A DNA stretch of 64,000 bases, from contig CAXXWX010000015.1 in NCBI GenBank assembly GCA_963675745.2, positions 128,001-192,000 on the forward strand, given 5' to 3'. This document shows positions 35,878-45,593 of this stretch, piece by piece; within the stretch, counting starts at the first letter, position 1; each line of letters starts with the position of its first letter. Source of the DNA: Phycisphaerae bacterium (lineage in GTDB: Bacteria > Planctomycetota > Phycisphaerae > UBA1845 > Fen-1342). The notes under the pieces were generated by a model. The model had not been told where the DNA came from. It saw only the letters and a list, made by a program, of their open reading frames with translations, and ran no database searches. A program made the position numbers and the translations under genes.

Positions 35878-38298
35878 CTACTCGGGTTGATCTTCCCCCA
35901 CAGTCACAGTCTTGGTGATCGTGGCGGCGAGGTAGGCATCCACCTCAGCCGCCGCCTTGGCCACCGTGCGTGATGATCGAAACGTGATCGTCACCGGATC
36001 GGTGAACAGGGGCCGGCCATCGGTCCCGAGTTTCACTCCTTCGGTCAACGGGAGCCTGAACGTATGTGTCTGGCGTCCGGACGGCGTGCGGCGTTGCACG
36101 TGGTAGCCACCACTGAATGTAGCCGGTTCTCCCTGCGGCGTAGCCACCAATCGGCCGTCCGCCAAAAGCTGGCCATCTGAGTCGTGGAGTTCGAGAGCGA
36201 ACGCCAGGTAACTGAACTGCCGGTCTAACTGCATTTCCAGCCACCAGGCGCGTCCTGCATCCGTGTCGGCACGTTCTCCATCCAACGCACCCCAGCGCAG
36301 GCCAAGAACGTGGATCCGGTCGACGGTCGCGGCAGCCAACTCCTCATCTTCGATTTCGATCGGGATCTCAGTGACTGCGTCGGAGACCGTAAACTCAAGC
36401 GCCGGGATCGGCAGCGTACACTCCGCAAACGTCGGCAACCCCCGCAACCACTCTCTGAACGTCTGATCAGAAGCCCGGGCATCGGCGTACTCCTCGCGCG
36501 CAGGTGCGTCTGCAAAACGGATCTGCACGTTCCCCGTCAAGCGGTGCAGGCCCTTCTCGTTGAGCGCGTTGTCACTTTGGATGCTCCAGCTATACGCCGA
36601 GTTTCTGTCAGACGGCAGGAATACCGATTGGCGATCGAGCACCATATCGTCATCCAGTGTCGCACTGACAGCGACGACCATGGCAACTCCAGGTAACGTA
36701 AGGCCACGTCGCGGCAGAATGCTCACGCCCAGCGCAGGGTCCACACCCTGTTTGGTTAGACGGCGCCCGGCTACTCCGACTGTAATCAAGAGACGCGCGA
36801 TGTCGTTGACCTCGTCGGCGCTCAGACGCCCCTTGCGCATGCGCTCCGCCAGACTCTCGAGCAGGCGTTCCGCGGCCTCATGCTCGGGGCCACTGAGCCC
36901 CCGCTCGCCCCCCAGAGCAACAAGGGTCCGCGTGAGTTGTTCCCGGTCCTCCAGATGGGCCGCGCGCTCGTCAAGAAGCTGCTGCTGCGCCGCCAGCCGC
37001 GCCTCGCGCTCGGCCCCAACGCGATACGAGTAGGCACTCGCGGCCACAAGCACAACGAGGATGAAGGCTGCGACCGTCCCGAGCTTAAACCGCTGTCGGT
37101 GTATCGCCTTCTTCAGGACATACCAGCCGCTGTCGCGCTTGGCCTGGATTGGTTCGCCGGCCAGGTAGTGCCGGATGTCGCCGGCCAGTTCGCTGGCGCT
37201 TTGATAGCGGCGTGAACGCTCCTTCGACAGCAGTCGCAGGATAATCGTCTGGACTTCGTCATCGATCGGGCATCTGCCGGCACGTACTCGACGCGTGCCG
37301 CGGGCGGCAACGCCCCCGCCGACGGTCCAACTTCGCGTCGGTGGCGTTGGCGGCGTGTCCGTTATGTGATGCAGCACCTCGGCCAGTTGCCCGGTGACCG
37401 GATAGGGGAAACAGCCCGTCAGCAACTCGTACAGCACCACACCCAGCGAGTACAGATCCGTGCGCGTGTCAAGCTCGTCCGGATTGCCCCGCGCCTGTTC
37501 CGGCGACATGTACGCCGGCGTACCCATCACCTGACCGGTGATCGACATCAACGATGCATCGCCGCCCGCCAACGTCTTCGCCAAACCGAAGTCCAGCACG
37601 CGCGGCTGGCCTTCCGTATCCACCAGGATGTTCGACGGTTTCAGATCGCGATGGATCACGCCACGCTGATGGGCATAGTTAACCGCTTCGCAGATCGTGG
37701 CGAACAAGCGCAGTACCTGCTCCAGCGTGAGCTTCTGATCGCGCACGTACTCGTTGAGCGGCCGGTTGCGCACGTAGTCCATTACAAAGTACGGCCGACC
37801 GTCATGCGTCTCGCCGGAATGAAAGATCGCGATGATGTTCGGGTGTCGCAAGTTGGCGGCGAGCCCGATCTCACGCTCGAACCGCTTGCGATCTGACGCC
37901 GAGGCGTATTGACCGTGCAGCAGGAGCTTGATCGCGACTTTGCGTTTCGTGGCGGTCTCGATGGCCTGGTAGACCACGCCCTGTCCGCCGCGATGAAGCT
38001 CGCGCACCACCTTGTACCCGTCGATTTCGGGAATGTGCGCGTGGCTGTCCTCATGCGTGGGGCGCGCCGCTGCCGGCGACTTGACCGTGTCCGCGGAATC
38101 ATCGAGCCGCACGACCGGTCTTAGCTCGCGGACTCGTTTGGCCAAGTCGCCGTACTCGCCCAGCAGCTCCGCATCACGTTTGGCACATTCGTCGCATGAG
38201 GCCAGGTGCCCGCGCACCTCCAGGGCGCGTGCCTGGTCCAATTCGCCCGCGTGATAGCGTTCGAGCTCAGATTCATCCGGACAGGTGGTCATTTCCAC
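35878..38298 (-). CDS. Hanks-type Ser/Thr kinase with an N-terminal zf-HC2 domain, one TM helix and an extracytoplasmic domain
   Basis: HLASCDEC; RGGQGVVY, VAIK, HRDLKPSN, DFG, GTPAYMSPE, DLYSLG; TM GTVAAFILVVLVAA. Confidence 0.93.
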   Translation of the reverse strand: MEMTTCPDESELERYHAGELDQARALEVRGHLASCDECAKRDAELLGEYGDLAKRVRELRPVVRLDDSADTVKSPAAARPTHEDSHAHIPEIDGYKVVRELHRGGQGVVYQAIETATKRKVAIKLLLHGQYASASDRKRFEREIGLAANLRHPNIIAIFHSGETHDGRPYFVMDYVRNRPLNEYVRDQKLTLEQVLRLFATICEAVNYAHQRGVIHRDLKPSNILVDTEGQPRVLDFGLAKTLAGGDASLMSITGQVMGTPAYMSPEQARGNPDELDTRTDLYSLGVVLYELLTGCFPYPVTGQLAEVLHHITDTPPTPPTRSWTVGGGVAARGTRRVRAGRCPIDDEVQTIILRLLSKERSRRYQSASELAGDIRHYLAGEPIQAKRDSGWYVLKKAIHRQRFKLGTVAAFILVVLVAASAYSYRVGAEREARLAAQQQLLDERAAHLEDREQLTRTLVALGGERGLSGPEHEAAERLLESLAERMRKGRLSADEVNDIARLLITVGVAGRRLTKQGVDPALGVSILPRRGLTLPGVAMVVAVSATLDDDMVLDRQSVFLPSDRNSAYSWSIQSDNALNEKGLHRLTGNVQIRFADAPAREEYADARASDQTFREWLRGLPTFAECTLPIPALEFTVSDAVTEIPIEIEDEELAAATVDRIHVLGLRWGALDGERADTDAGRAWWLEMQLDRQFSYLAFALELHDSDGQLLADGRLVATPQGEPATFSGGYHVQRRTPSGRQTHTFRLPLTEGVKLGTDGRPLFTDPVTITFRSSRTVAKAAAEVDAYLAATITKTVTVGEDQPE

Positions 38299-38556
38299 GG
38301 CCCGCTACCACCGAGATGCGTTGGCATCCGCCCGCCGGCGCCATGTGCAATGTGCCATGCAAGACCATGAACATACCGGAAGCGGCATCAAGTGCGTATA
38401 GCGTACATCGCGATGGCCTGCGCGATCAACAACCCGTCGCCATGGCGACCGCCTCGCCAGCGGCATGCGTTACCGCTACAATGCCGCTCACGAACGTTCC
38501 TGATCAGTCGCACCGCAGCTTGAGCGGTGCCGGCCCCTGACATACGGAGACCATCC

Positions 38557-38742
38557 ATGAAACCGTCGTTCTGGCAGCGTCATATCGTCAAGCTGTGGCT
38601 TGTGAGCGGCACTCTGATCGCATTTCAGGGCTGCGGGTTGAGTGATCGCGAACTGGCCGGCATCTGGCAATCAGCGCTCACGACCGGCCTCAGCTCTCTG
38701 ATGCAGGCACTGGTCAGCGCTGCCGTCCCAGCCACGGCATGA
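38557..38742 (+). CDS. Small putative lipoprotein (61 aa)
   Basis: GGAG RBS; lipobox-like AFQGC followed by an amphipathic helix. Confidence 0.6.
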   Translation: MKPSFWQRHIVKLWLVSGTLIAFQGCGLSDRELAGIWQSALTTGLSSLMQALVSAAVPATA

Positions 38743-38767
38743 GAGAATCTCGCGTCGGTCTGTTTGA

Positions 38768-39856
38768 GTGGTCCGTCGCAGCCATGGAGGGCCAACGGTG
38801 GTAGTGTGCGCACGCCTGCTGTGTTTGATCCCGCTTGCGGCCATCCTGGTCGGCTGTGGTGGTCGGGGGGCGCTCATCGAGCGCAAGCCGGAGTGGAACT
38901 ACGAACCATACGAGCGTCTGGCCGTGCTTCCGGTCAAGCTCCCGAGCGGCGCGCCCGCATCGGCAGCGCGACACGCCGACCAGATGACGACGCTGTTGTC
39001 CGACCTGCTCACGCAAAACGGAGCCTTCACGATCATCAGCCGCCAGGAGCTCGCGGACGTCATGCGCGAGCAGGATCTGGCGAGCCTGGATCTGGCCGAT
39101 GCGTCGACTTCGGTGCCTTCGGGGATGATCCAGGTGGCCCAGGCACTGGTGATCGCGTCGATTCAGGATTACGACCTGGCCCGCTTGCGCGAGCAACGTG
39201 CGGTGCCAGTGTACCGACGCGACCGCCGGGGACGACTCGTGCTGCGCAACGGCATGCCGGTGAAGATCGGCGAGCGCCGCGTCAATGTCTTCAGACACGT
39301 CGCGCGCGTCGGCGGTAATGTGCGCGTGGTCGATACGGCGACCGGCGAGGTGCTCTTTGCGCACGCCACCGAGCCGATCCAGTTCGAGAAGACCCAGGAG
39401 AAAGTACCGCCCAGCCTCACGCCGGAAGATCTGGCGGGTGAAGCCGCCGCTGAATTGGCGGCGGATTTTTACACACACCTGGCCCCAATGCGCGTCAAGG
39501 TTGAATTCGACGATAAGAACATCGCGCTGGCCACGGGCTACTACGACGGCGAGTATGACACGATCAAGAAGTTGCCGGCTTCTGCTGATGAGCTGCTGGT
39601 AGTCGTCCGTAACCTCCCGCGCCAGTGCGACCGCAACCGGTTTAACGTCGCCATCAGCGAAAAGGACGGGCGTCGCGATCTCTTTCGCGACGAGTTTGTG
39701 TGGAGCGCCGGGATGGGGGCGCGCGGCCACGCGTTTGCGGTCCCGACCGAGTTGCTGGTCGACAGCGGCGCCAGGGAATTCACGGCCAAGCTCTACGCCC
39801 CGGGCAACGATGCACCGGTGGCCGAGCGTGATTTCGAACTCGCCGATCCGGACTGA
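38768..39856 (+). CDS. CsgG/HfaB-like lipoprotein with an extra C-terminal domain
   Basis: Lipobox LVGC; RLAVLP, FTIISRQELADVMREQDL, VRVVDTATGEV. Exact start uncertain. Confidence 0.7.
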   Translation: MVRRSHGGPTVVVCARLLCLIPLAAILVGCGGRGALIERKPEWNYEPYERLAVLPVKLPSGAPASAARHADQMTTLLSDLLTQNGAFTIISRQELADVMREQDLASLDLADASTSVPSGMIQVAQALVIASIQDYDLARLREQRAVPVYRRDRRGRLVLRNGMPVKIGERRVNVFRHVARVGGNVRVVDTATGEVLFAHATEPIQFEKTQEKVPPSLTPEDLAGEAAAELAADFYTHLAPMRVKVEFDDKNIALATGYYDGEYDTIKKLPASADELLVVVRNLPRQCDRNRFNVAISEKDGRRDLFRDEFVWSAGMGARGHAFAVPTELLVDSGAREFTAKLYAPGNDAPVAERDFELADPD

Positions 39857-39912
39857 CTGAACCGCGCTCCCGCCGGGGGATAGTCCGCCTGCGGAAATGC
39901 CGGCGCTGTCCG

Positions 39913-40710
39913 CTACTTGGCTGACGACCCGGCGACCGATGTGCCGTCGGCCTGCTGGAGGCGTTGGAGCGTCCGCCGTCGCAGCATGGTCAGCGGCCGC
40001 GCCAGTAAGCGATGCAAGCGGATCCACACGCCAATCCTGCCAACCTGCTTCCATTCGTCCTCAGTCATCCGGTCAGGTCGCAGCCGGCGTTTGTGCTTTA
40101 GTACGTGGTACCGATCCGCCCGCTGAAACCGTCGCAACAGCCATTGAACTGGCGCCAGTCGTCGCCAGCCAATTGGGGGCAGCAGCAGTGAAATCTGGAA
40201 GTCAATGAGGTAGGGACGGCCATCGTCGCCCATCAGGACATTCTGGCGTTTGTTCAGATCGACGTAGGCAATATGTCGGGAGTGTAGCGTGAGCAGCAGG
40301 TCAGCAAGCTCGTCAAAGAAGGCGTCGGAGACTTGCTCGCGCCGGCCAAGCGCGTGTCCGGGAACAAACTCGTGCAGGAAGCCGGTCTCGCCTACTCGGC
40401 CAATGAGTCGTGGGACGCCGGATAATCCCTGAACCTCCGTATAGAGGCGCACCTCGCGGTTTGTCAGGAAGCGCCCGATCCAGGTCGTGGGTAAGGTCAA
40501 ACACTCGTTGTAGCGTCCGATCTTCAGCACGGCGAGTCCCTCGGGACCGCGATAGAGCCCCGTGGCCGCGAAGAAATCGTGCTTAAAGGTCTCCACGTGC
40601 TCGAAGCGCATGCCAGCGCATTGCACGTTGGCGGGCATCTCCAGCTCCGGGAGCGCGTATAGCCAGCGATGGCACACAGATGGTCGCTTGGCGCGTGAGT
40701 GGCGAGACAT
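39913..40710 (-). CDS. RIO1/Kdo-kinase-like atypical protein kinase
   Basis: AVLK, REVRLY, VPRL, IAYVDLNKRQNVL, LIDFQ. Confidence 0.75.
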   Translation of the reverse strand: MSRHSRAKRPSVCHRWLYALPELEMPANVQCAGMRFEHVETFKHDFFAATGLYRGPEGLAVLKIGRYNECLTLPTTWIGRFLTNREVRLYTEVQGLSGVPRLIGRVGETGFLHEFVPGHALGRREQVSDAFFDELADLLLTLHSRHIAYVDLNKRQNVLMGDDGRPYLIDFQISLLLPPIGWRRLAPVQWLLRRFQRADRYHVLKHKRRLRPDRMTEDEWKQVGRIGVWIRLHRLLARPLTMLRRRTLQRLQQADGTSVAGSSAK

Positions 40711-40747
40711 AGGAAAAATTATACCTATCCAACGGCAACGTAAACAT

Positions 40748-40775
40748 TTGCGGGTGGCACAATCGGACATATACT
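40748..40775 (+). promoter_or_regulatory. Putative sigma-70 promoter of the Rrf2 gene
   Basis: TTGCGG-N16-TATACT in the AT-richer divergent intergenic region. Confidence 0.45.
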
Positions 40776-40874
40776 AGCGGAAGCTGGACTGGGGGTTTTT
40801 GACGTGTCCGTGTCGCACACGTCCACTTCGCGGCCCCATGGCGATGAACTGCTGTTACTGAAAAGGGGTGTGCC

Positions 40875-41330
40875 ATGATCTTGGGAAGCAAGGCATCAAC
40901 GTACGCGATTCTGGCCGTAACTGAAATCGCGCGCCACCAGCATGAAGATGACGGTGGCTTTTGCATGCGCGCCGCAGAGATTGCCAAGCACTTTGGGTTG
41001 CCGGCCGCTTACGCCGCCAAAGTGATGACACAGCTTGTGCGGGCCGATGTGCTGCACTCGGACCGCGGACCGCGCGGGGGCTTCCGGCTCACGCGCCCGC
41101 CAGAGGAGATTTCGATTCTCGACATCGTCGAAGCTGTCGATGGTCACTTCGAGGCGGAGCACGGAGTGTTGAGCTCACCGGCAGCACGCACGGCGCTCAC
41201 CGGTGTCAACGAGGTTTTTGAAGGCGTGGTTTCTGAAGTGCGCGACCTGTTGAGCAAGAAGTCGATTGCCGATCTTGGCGGATTCACGGCCGAGCCGGCC
41301 GTCGCTGAACTCCCACAGCTATCGCACTGA
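40875..41330 (+). CDS. Rrf2-family transcriptional regulator (no Fe-S Cys triad)
   Basis: STYAILA, AEIA, SDRGPRGGFRL, ISILDIVEAVDG; only one Cys. Confidence 0.9.
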   Translation: MILGSKASTYAILAVTEIARHQHEDDGGFCMRAAEIAKHFGLPAAYAAKVMTQLVRADVLHSDRGPRGGFRLTRPPEEISILDIVEAVDGHFEAEHGVLSSPAARTALTGVNEVFEGVVSEVRDLLSKKSIADLGGFTAEPAVAELPQLSH

Positions 41331-41423
41331 TCGGCGGTCCACGACCAGACCCACTGTCCACACTTTACCCACCAACCGCAACCGCTCACGATACGCGCGA
41401 TACGGCGCACGCGGCGTACGCGC

Positions 41424-41476
41424 AAAAAAAGGCGTGCGGCACCCTGTGGGTATTGGCGCGGTCTGAGGGTGCCGCA
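41424..41476 (-). terminator. Intrinsic terminator-like hairpin (minus strand)
   Basis: Perfect 11-bp stem (41435-41445 / 41466-41476) followed on the minus strand by cgcc and T7. Confidence 0.65.
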
Positions 41477-41648
41477 GCGAGTGGAAGCAAGTCTTTATTA
41501 TACAGGTACTTACGAGAAGCAGAGCTGGGTTTGCCCACTAACTCATATTACCCACCTCGTAGTATAACAGCGGCCGTGGAAGATTCAACCACGATATCCA
41601 GCATTAGTCGCTTTCACATCAAAATCCCGACGGGGTGATAACTCGGGA

Positions 41649-44165
41649 TCATGGCGCCGGCGTCGACTGGGCGTCCAACTCGCGGCGTAGTTCGGCGACC
41701 AACGCCTCCCCTTCGGCATCGCCGGGAGTCGCCAGGTAGCGTGCCAGCAGACGCTCCGCCCTGGCGGGAACGCCCGCATCGAGCCAGATCGCCGCACTCA
41801 GGACGAGCGCCTCGGCGGGCAATTGCCCCTGGTCGGTGAGTCGCTCGAGAGTGCCGGCGGCGCGGCGCGCCGCATCTTCTTGCGGGATCGGCCGGCCATC
41901 CCGCGCTTTGCGGGCCGTAACAAACGCCTCGCGCAGCTTGCCGTCGCGCAGCAACAACAGGCCCTGCGCGTAGCACGCCAACGGGTTGTCAGGTTCCTCG
42001 GCCAGCAACGTGGTCACGGAATATGCGGCGCCCGAATCTCCGGCGCACGCCGCCGACCACACCAGAAACGACCAGAAGACGCGATCTTCACCCGAGGCGC
42101 GGTATGCATCGGCCCAAACACGCGTCGCCTCGTCATAACGCCCCTGATGGGCCAGCGCTTCGTGCAGGCCGCGCAGCGCGCGGTAGTTGACCGGGTCAGT
42201 GACGATGATCGCCGCGTAGACCTGTTCGGCCTCGGGCCACTTGTGGCTGCGCAGGTGATACTCACCGAGGACGAATGCGGCTTCGACGCCACCGTCGCCG
42301 CGCGCGAGCACCTCGTGAATAATGCGCTCTCCCTCTCCGCCCGAGCCGCCGCGGATTTCGGCGAGCGCGAGGTCAATCAAGAGCGTGCGCCGCGCGGCAC
42401 CGGTGATCCGCGGGTCGTCGCGTGCCTCACGAAGCCGGGGGATGGCGTCGGCGGCGCGTCCGAGTTGCCGCAGGAGGAGGTTGCCGTGCTCCGCGAGGCG
42501 CGCCCCCCGATATGCGGCGTCCGGCGCCGTGTTCCTTTCCAGCCACTCATATGCAATCAGCGCCTCTGACCACTGTCCCACACCACGCCGCGCATGCGCG
42601 AGGCTGGTCCAGGAGGCGGGATTGTCCTGGTCGATCGCCACCGCCTGCTCGGCGCAGGCCAATGCGCGTTGTGGCCGGCCATACAGGCCATAGCGGAACG
42701 CCGCCCGCCGGTAGAACGCCGCCCGCGCGCCACTGTCGCCGAAGGCGTCCGGATTGGCGGCCACGATATCGACGGTCCGATCCTGGGCGTTGCAGGCACG
42801 CTCCAGGAGTGTCTTTGTGTCCAGCCGGCGTGACTCGAACGTGTCGCTGACGGCGGCCCGCTGGTAGGCCAACGTCAACATCTCCCAGGCCGCGGCGTCA
42901 TGCGGGCGCACTTCAACCAGTCGATTCGCGCGGTTGACGGCCGTCCGCGATGCTTCACAGAGTCCGCGGTTGCCCGGTACCAGGCCCAGGGCGAGCGCAA
43001 GCGCAACCATGCCTGGGATAATCCACCGGCGCCGCGGGCCATGGGTCAGCCAGAGATCGGCAAGACCGGCGACGGCGATGAAAAGGCCGATCAACGGAAG
43101 ATACGAATCACGGTTCGTCAGCAGTGTGTCGTCCGGCGTGTCTATCCAAAGCACCGGCAGCAACAGAAGCCAGAACCAGGTTATGCCGATGCCAATCAGG
43201 CGCGTCGCTGAATGGCGGAGTGTCAGCACCGCGATCATGACACTGACGCCAAGCGCTGCCAGCGTCGTGCCGATCTGCCACAAAGGTACAGGGGCTGTGA
43301 TGGGATAAGCGGGCGCGACGCGCAGCGGCATGAGCGCGCATCGAACAGCAAGCCAGGTCGCTTCCCAGGGCACGTTACTGCGCAGATTGCCCCAGAGATC
43401 GTCCAGCAGAACGAGCGCGCCCGCCATACACACGATGGCCACGAGATAAATGTGCGCGGAGCGCAGCACACGCCGCATCCCGCGCGCCCGCCAATCAATC
43501 AGCGCAACCGGCACAACCCAAAGCATGAGCGGGGCACAAAGCGTGGCGAGCGCCAGTACCAGCAGAGCGAGCACCACATGACGCTGCCGGCCACCGGCCG
43601 CCGCTGACATGCAGGCTAGCAGGGAGAGGAGCGCCAGCAGTGTCGCGAGGAGCGGCGCACGGTTGGCATCCGCCGTATAGATCGGGACCAGTGCGGGATG
43701 CATCGCCCAGAGCAATGCCAGCGCGTAGGCGATCATCATACGCCCGGTGCCCCGGCGCGTCGGCTCGGATGGGGGCCGCAGCAGCACGTACAGCATCGCC
43801 CACACCAGCAGGGCGTTCAGTACGTGCAGGCACACATCCGTGTAACGGACCCAGGCGAGGCCCCCGCAGCCAAGCCCGGCCTGGAGCCCGTACGTGAGCA
43901 ACGGGATGGGGGCGCGACCGCTGGCTCCCAGTGCCGCGAGGCAATGGGCCAGGCGACCACCGGGTGAAGCGTCGGTGGCGGCGAGAAGCGGGTTGTCGGT
44001 AATCGAGGCTTGCTCGTTACCGGGCATTCCAGGGGCGTCGGCCAGAGGTTGTCCGCAGATGAAGACCAACGCGGCCAGCAGCATCGCCAGCCCCGCGACA
44101 GACAAACGCGTACGCCCACTTGTGCGGGACGGCGCGCGTGATAATGGCGGTGGAGTCGCAGGCAT
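41649..44165 (-). CDS. Multi-pass membrane protein with C-terminal TPR repeats (TMTC/GT-C-like)
   Basis: ITDNP, LHVLNALL, ALLWAMHP, NRDSYLP, then TPR-like helices. Confidence 0.75.
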   Translation of the reverse strand: MPATPPPLSRAPSRTSGRTRLSVAGLAMLLAALVFICGQPLADAPGMPGNEQASITDNPLLAATDASPGGRLAHCLAALGASGRAPIPLLTYGLQAGLGCGGLAWVRYTDVCLHVLNALLVWAMLYVLLRPPSEPTRRGTGRMMIAYALALLWAMHPALVPIYTADANRAPLLATLLALLSLLACMSAAAGGRQRHVVLALLVLALATLCAPLMLWVVPVALIDWRARGMRRVLRSAHIYLVAIVCMAGALVLLDDLWGNLRSNVPWEATWLAVRCALMPLRVAPAYPITAPVPLWQIGTTLAALGVSVMIAVLTLRHSATRLIGIGITWFWLLLLPVLWIDTPDDTLLTNRDSYLPLIGLFIAVAGLADLWLTHGPRRRWIIPGMVALALALGLVPGNRGLCEASRTAVNRANRLVEVRPHDAAAWEMLTLAYQRAAVSDTFESRRLDTKTLLERACNAQDRTVDIVAANPDAFGDSGARAAFYRRAAFRYGLYGRPQRALACAEQAVAIDQDNPASWTSLAHARRGVGQWSEALIAYEWLERNTAPDAAYRGARLAEHGNLLLRQLGRAADAIPRLREARDDPRITGAARRTLLIDLALAEIRGGSGGEGERIIHEVLARGDGGVEAAFVLGEYHLRSHKWPEAEQVYAAIIVTDPVNYRALRGLHEALAHQGRYDEATRVWADAYRASGEDRVFWSFLVWSAACAGDSGAAYSVTTLLAEEPDNPLACYAQGLLLLRDGKLREAFVTARKARDGRPIPQEDAARRAAGTLERLTDQGQLPAEALVLSAAIWLDAGVPARAERLLARYLATPGDAEGEALVAELRRELDAQSTPAP

Positions 44166-44390
44166 GTCGGTTTGTTTCCCGCGCAGGCAATGTCGAGGGC
44201 GGCCACCGGGCCGCGCCCTTGGAGCAAGTTTAACACGGCGCGCGATACGAAGCGCCTGTGTGAACACGCGTTATCGCACGCGGGCGACCCGCGCCGGGCA
44301 GCCACGCGGGCGCGACGCTTGCTTGGAAACGCTTGAACACCTAGAATTGGTGAGAGGTTTGTTTGTAGTCTTCACACGCAGGTGGTTGGC

Positions 44391-45020
44391 ATGCACGCAG
44401 AATCGCCGGCCTTGTCAGCAAGCGTACTCGTCCTGAACCGCATGTACATGGCGGTGCGGGTCGTGTCCGCCCGCCGGGCGATGTCATTTCTGTTTCGCGA
44501 AATGGCGGAAGTTATCTCCGTCGAGAACGACCAGTACCTGTCCTACGATTTCAATGACTGGGTCGAGGTCAGCGAAGCCAAGCGGGCATTTGAGCCGGAG
44601 CGCCACGATTGGATCCGCACGATTCGCTTTCAGGTGGCCGTACCCAAGATTGTGCGGCTGTTGGGCTATGACAAGCTGCCCAAGTCGAACGTCAAGTTGA
44701 ACCGGCGCAACATCTTCGCACGCGACGAGGGACGCTGCCAGTATTGCGGCAAGCGCTACGCCACCAGTGAATTGAGCCTCGATCACGTGTTGCCACGCTC
44801 ACAGGGCGGGGGAACGTCGTGGGAGAACATCGTCTGCGCCTGCGTGTACTGCAACGTGCGCAAGGGCGGCCGCACGCCACAGCAAGCCCGCATGCGGCTG
44901 ATCCGCCCGGCACGGCGCCCGCGGCGTTCACCGATCCTGGCGATCAAGCTGTCAGACCAGAAATACGCGAGCTGGAAGCAGTTCCTCGACTATGCGTACT
45001 GGAACGTCGAACTGAAGTGA
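44391..45020 (+). CDS. HNH endonuclease
   Basis: VLVLN, RRNIFARD, CQYCG, LDHVLPRSQGG, WENIVCACVYCNVRKG. Confidence 0.93.
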   Translation: MHAESPALSASVLVLNRMYMAVRVVSARRAMSFLFREMAEVISVENDQYLSYDFNDWVEVSEAKRAFEPERHDWIRTIRFQVAVPKIVRLLGYDKLPKSNVKLNRRNIFARDEGRCQYCGKRYATSELSLDHVLPRSQGGGTSWENIVCACVYCNVRKGGRTPQQARMRLIRPARRPRRSPILAIKLSDQKYASWKQFLDYAYWNVELK

Positions 45021-45137
45021 CGCAGTTGACAGCGCCGGGGCTCGCGGCATACCCTGCTCGCACGTTTGATGGTCCGTTTGGTACTGTATGACAGCGTCGG
45101 GTTCGCGCTGGTGATCCGGTCGCGGGTGGAGTTGGAC

Positions 45138-45476
45138 ATGCCTGTCGAGCAATGGTCCGAGACAATCATTCTGGGCGAGTTGCAGGACGATCCGCAGTTT
45201 ACGGATGACATCACCCAGGTCACCGAGCAATGCACGGCGAACCCCGGCATGGACGTGCTGCTGAGCTTTGGCGCGGTGGCTCATCTCAACTCATCAAGCC
45301 TGGCCAAGCTGCTCAAGCTGCGCAAGCTGGTGACAATCACGAACCAGCGCCAGTTGAAACTCTGCAACGTCAACGCGCACGTCTGGGGCGTCTTTCTGGT
45401 CACGGGCCTCGATCGCATCTTTGATGTTTCCGAAGATGTGCCCACCGGGTTGGCCGCTCTCCAGATGCAGGCCTGA
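45138..45476 (+). CDS. STAS-domain anti-sigma-factor antagonist
   Basis: VAHLNSSSLAKLL, LKLCNV, VTGLDRIF; GGAG RBS. Confidence 0.88.
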   Translation: MPVEQWSETIILGELQDDPQFTDDITQVTEQCTANPGMDVLLSFGAVAHLNSSSLAKLLKLRKLVTITNQRQLKLCNVNAHVWGVFLVTGLDRIFDVSEDVPTGLAALQMQA

Positions 45477-45593
45477 GACACTTCTCCCATCGCCACCCAA
45501 CACGCGCACGCGCTGCGCTATCCGCGTTGCGCGCATGGGCGGTCCGCACCGGCCGCAATGTGGGAACCGAGAACGCTCCGGGCCAACGCCGTA

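Noticed and set aside
44391..45020. HNH as a homing endonuclease or defence system
   Set aside because: Host-like codon usage, no intron, methylase or defence neighbours; resembles the widespread stand-alone HNH family.
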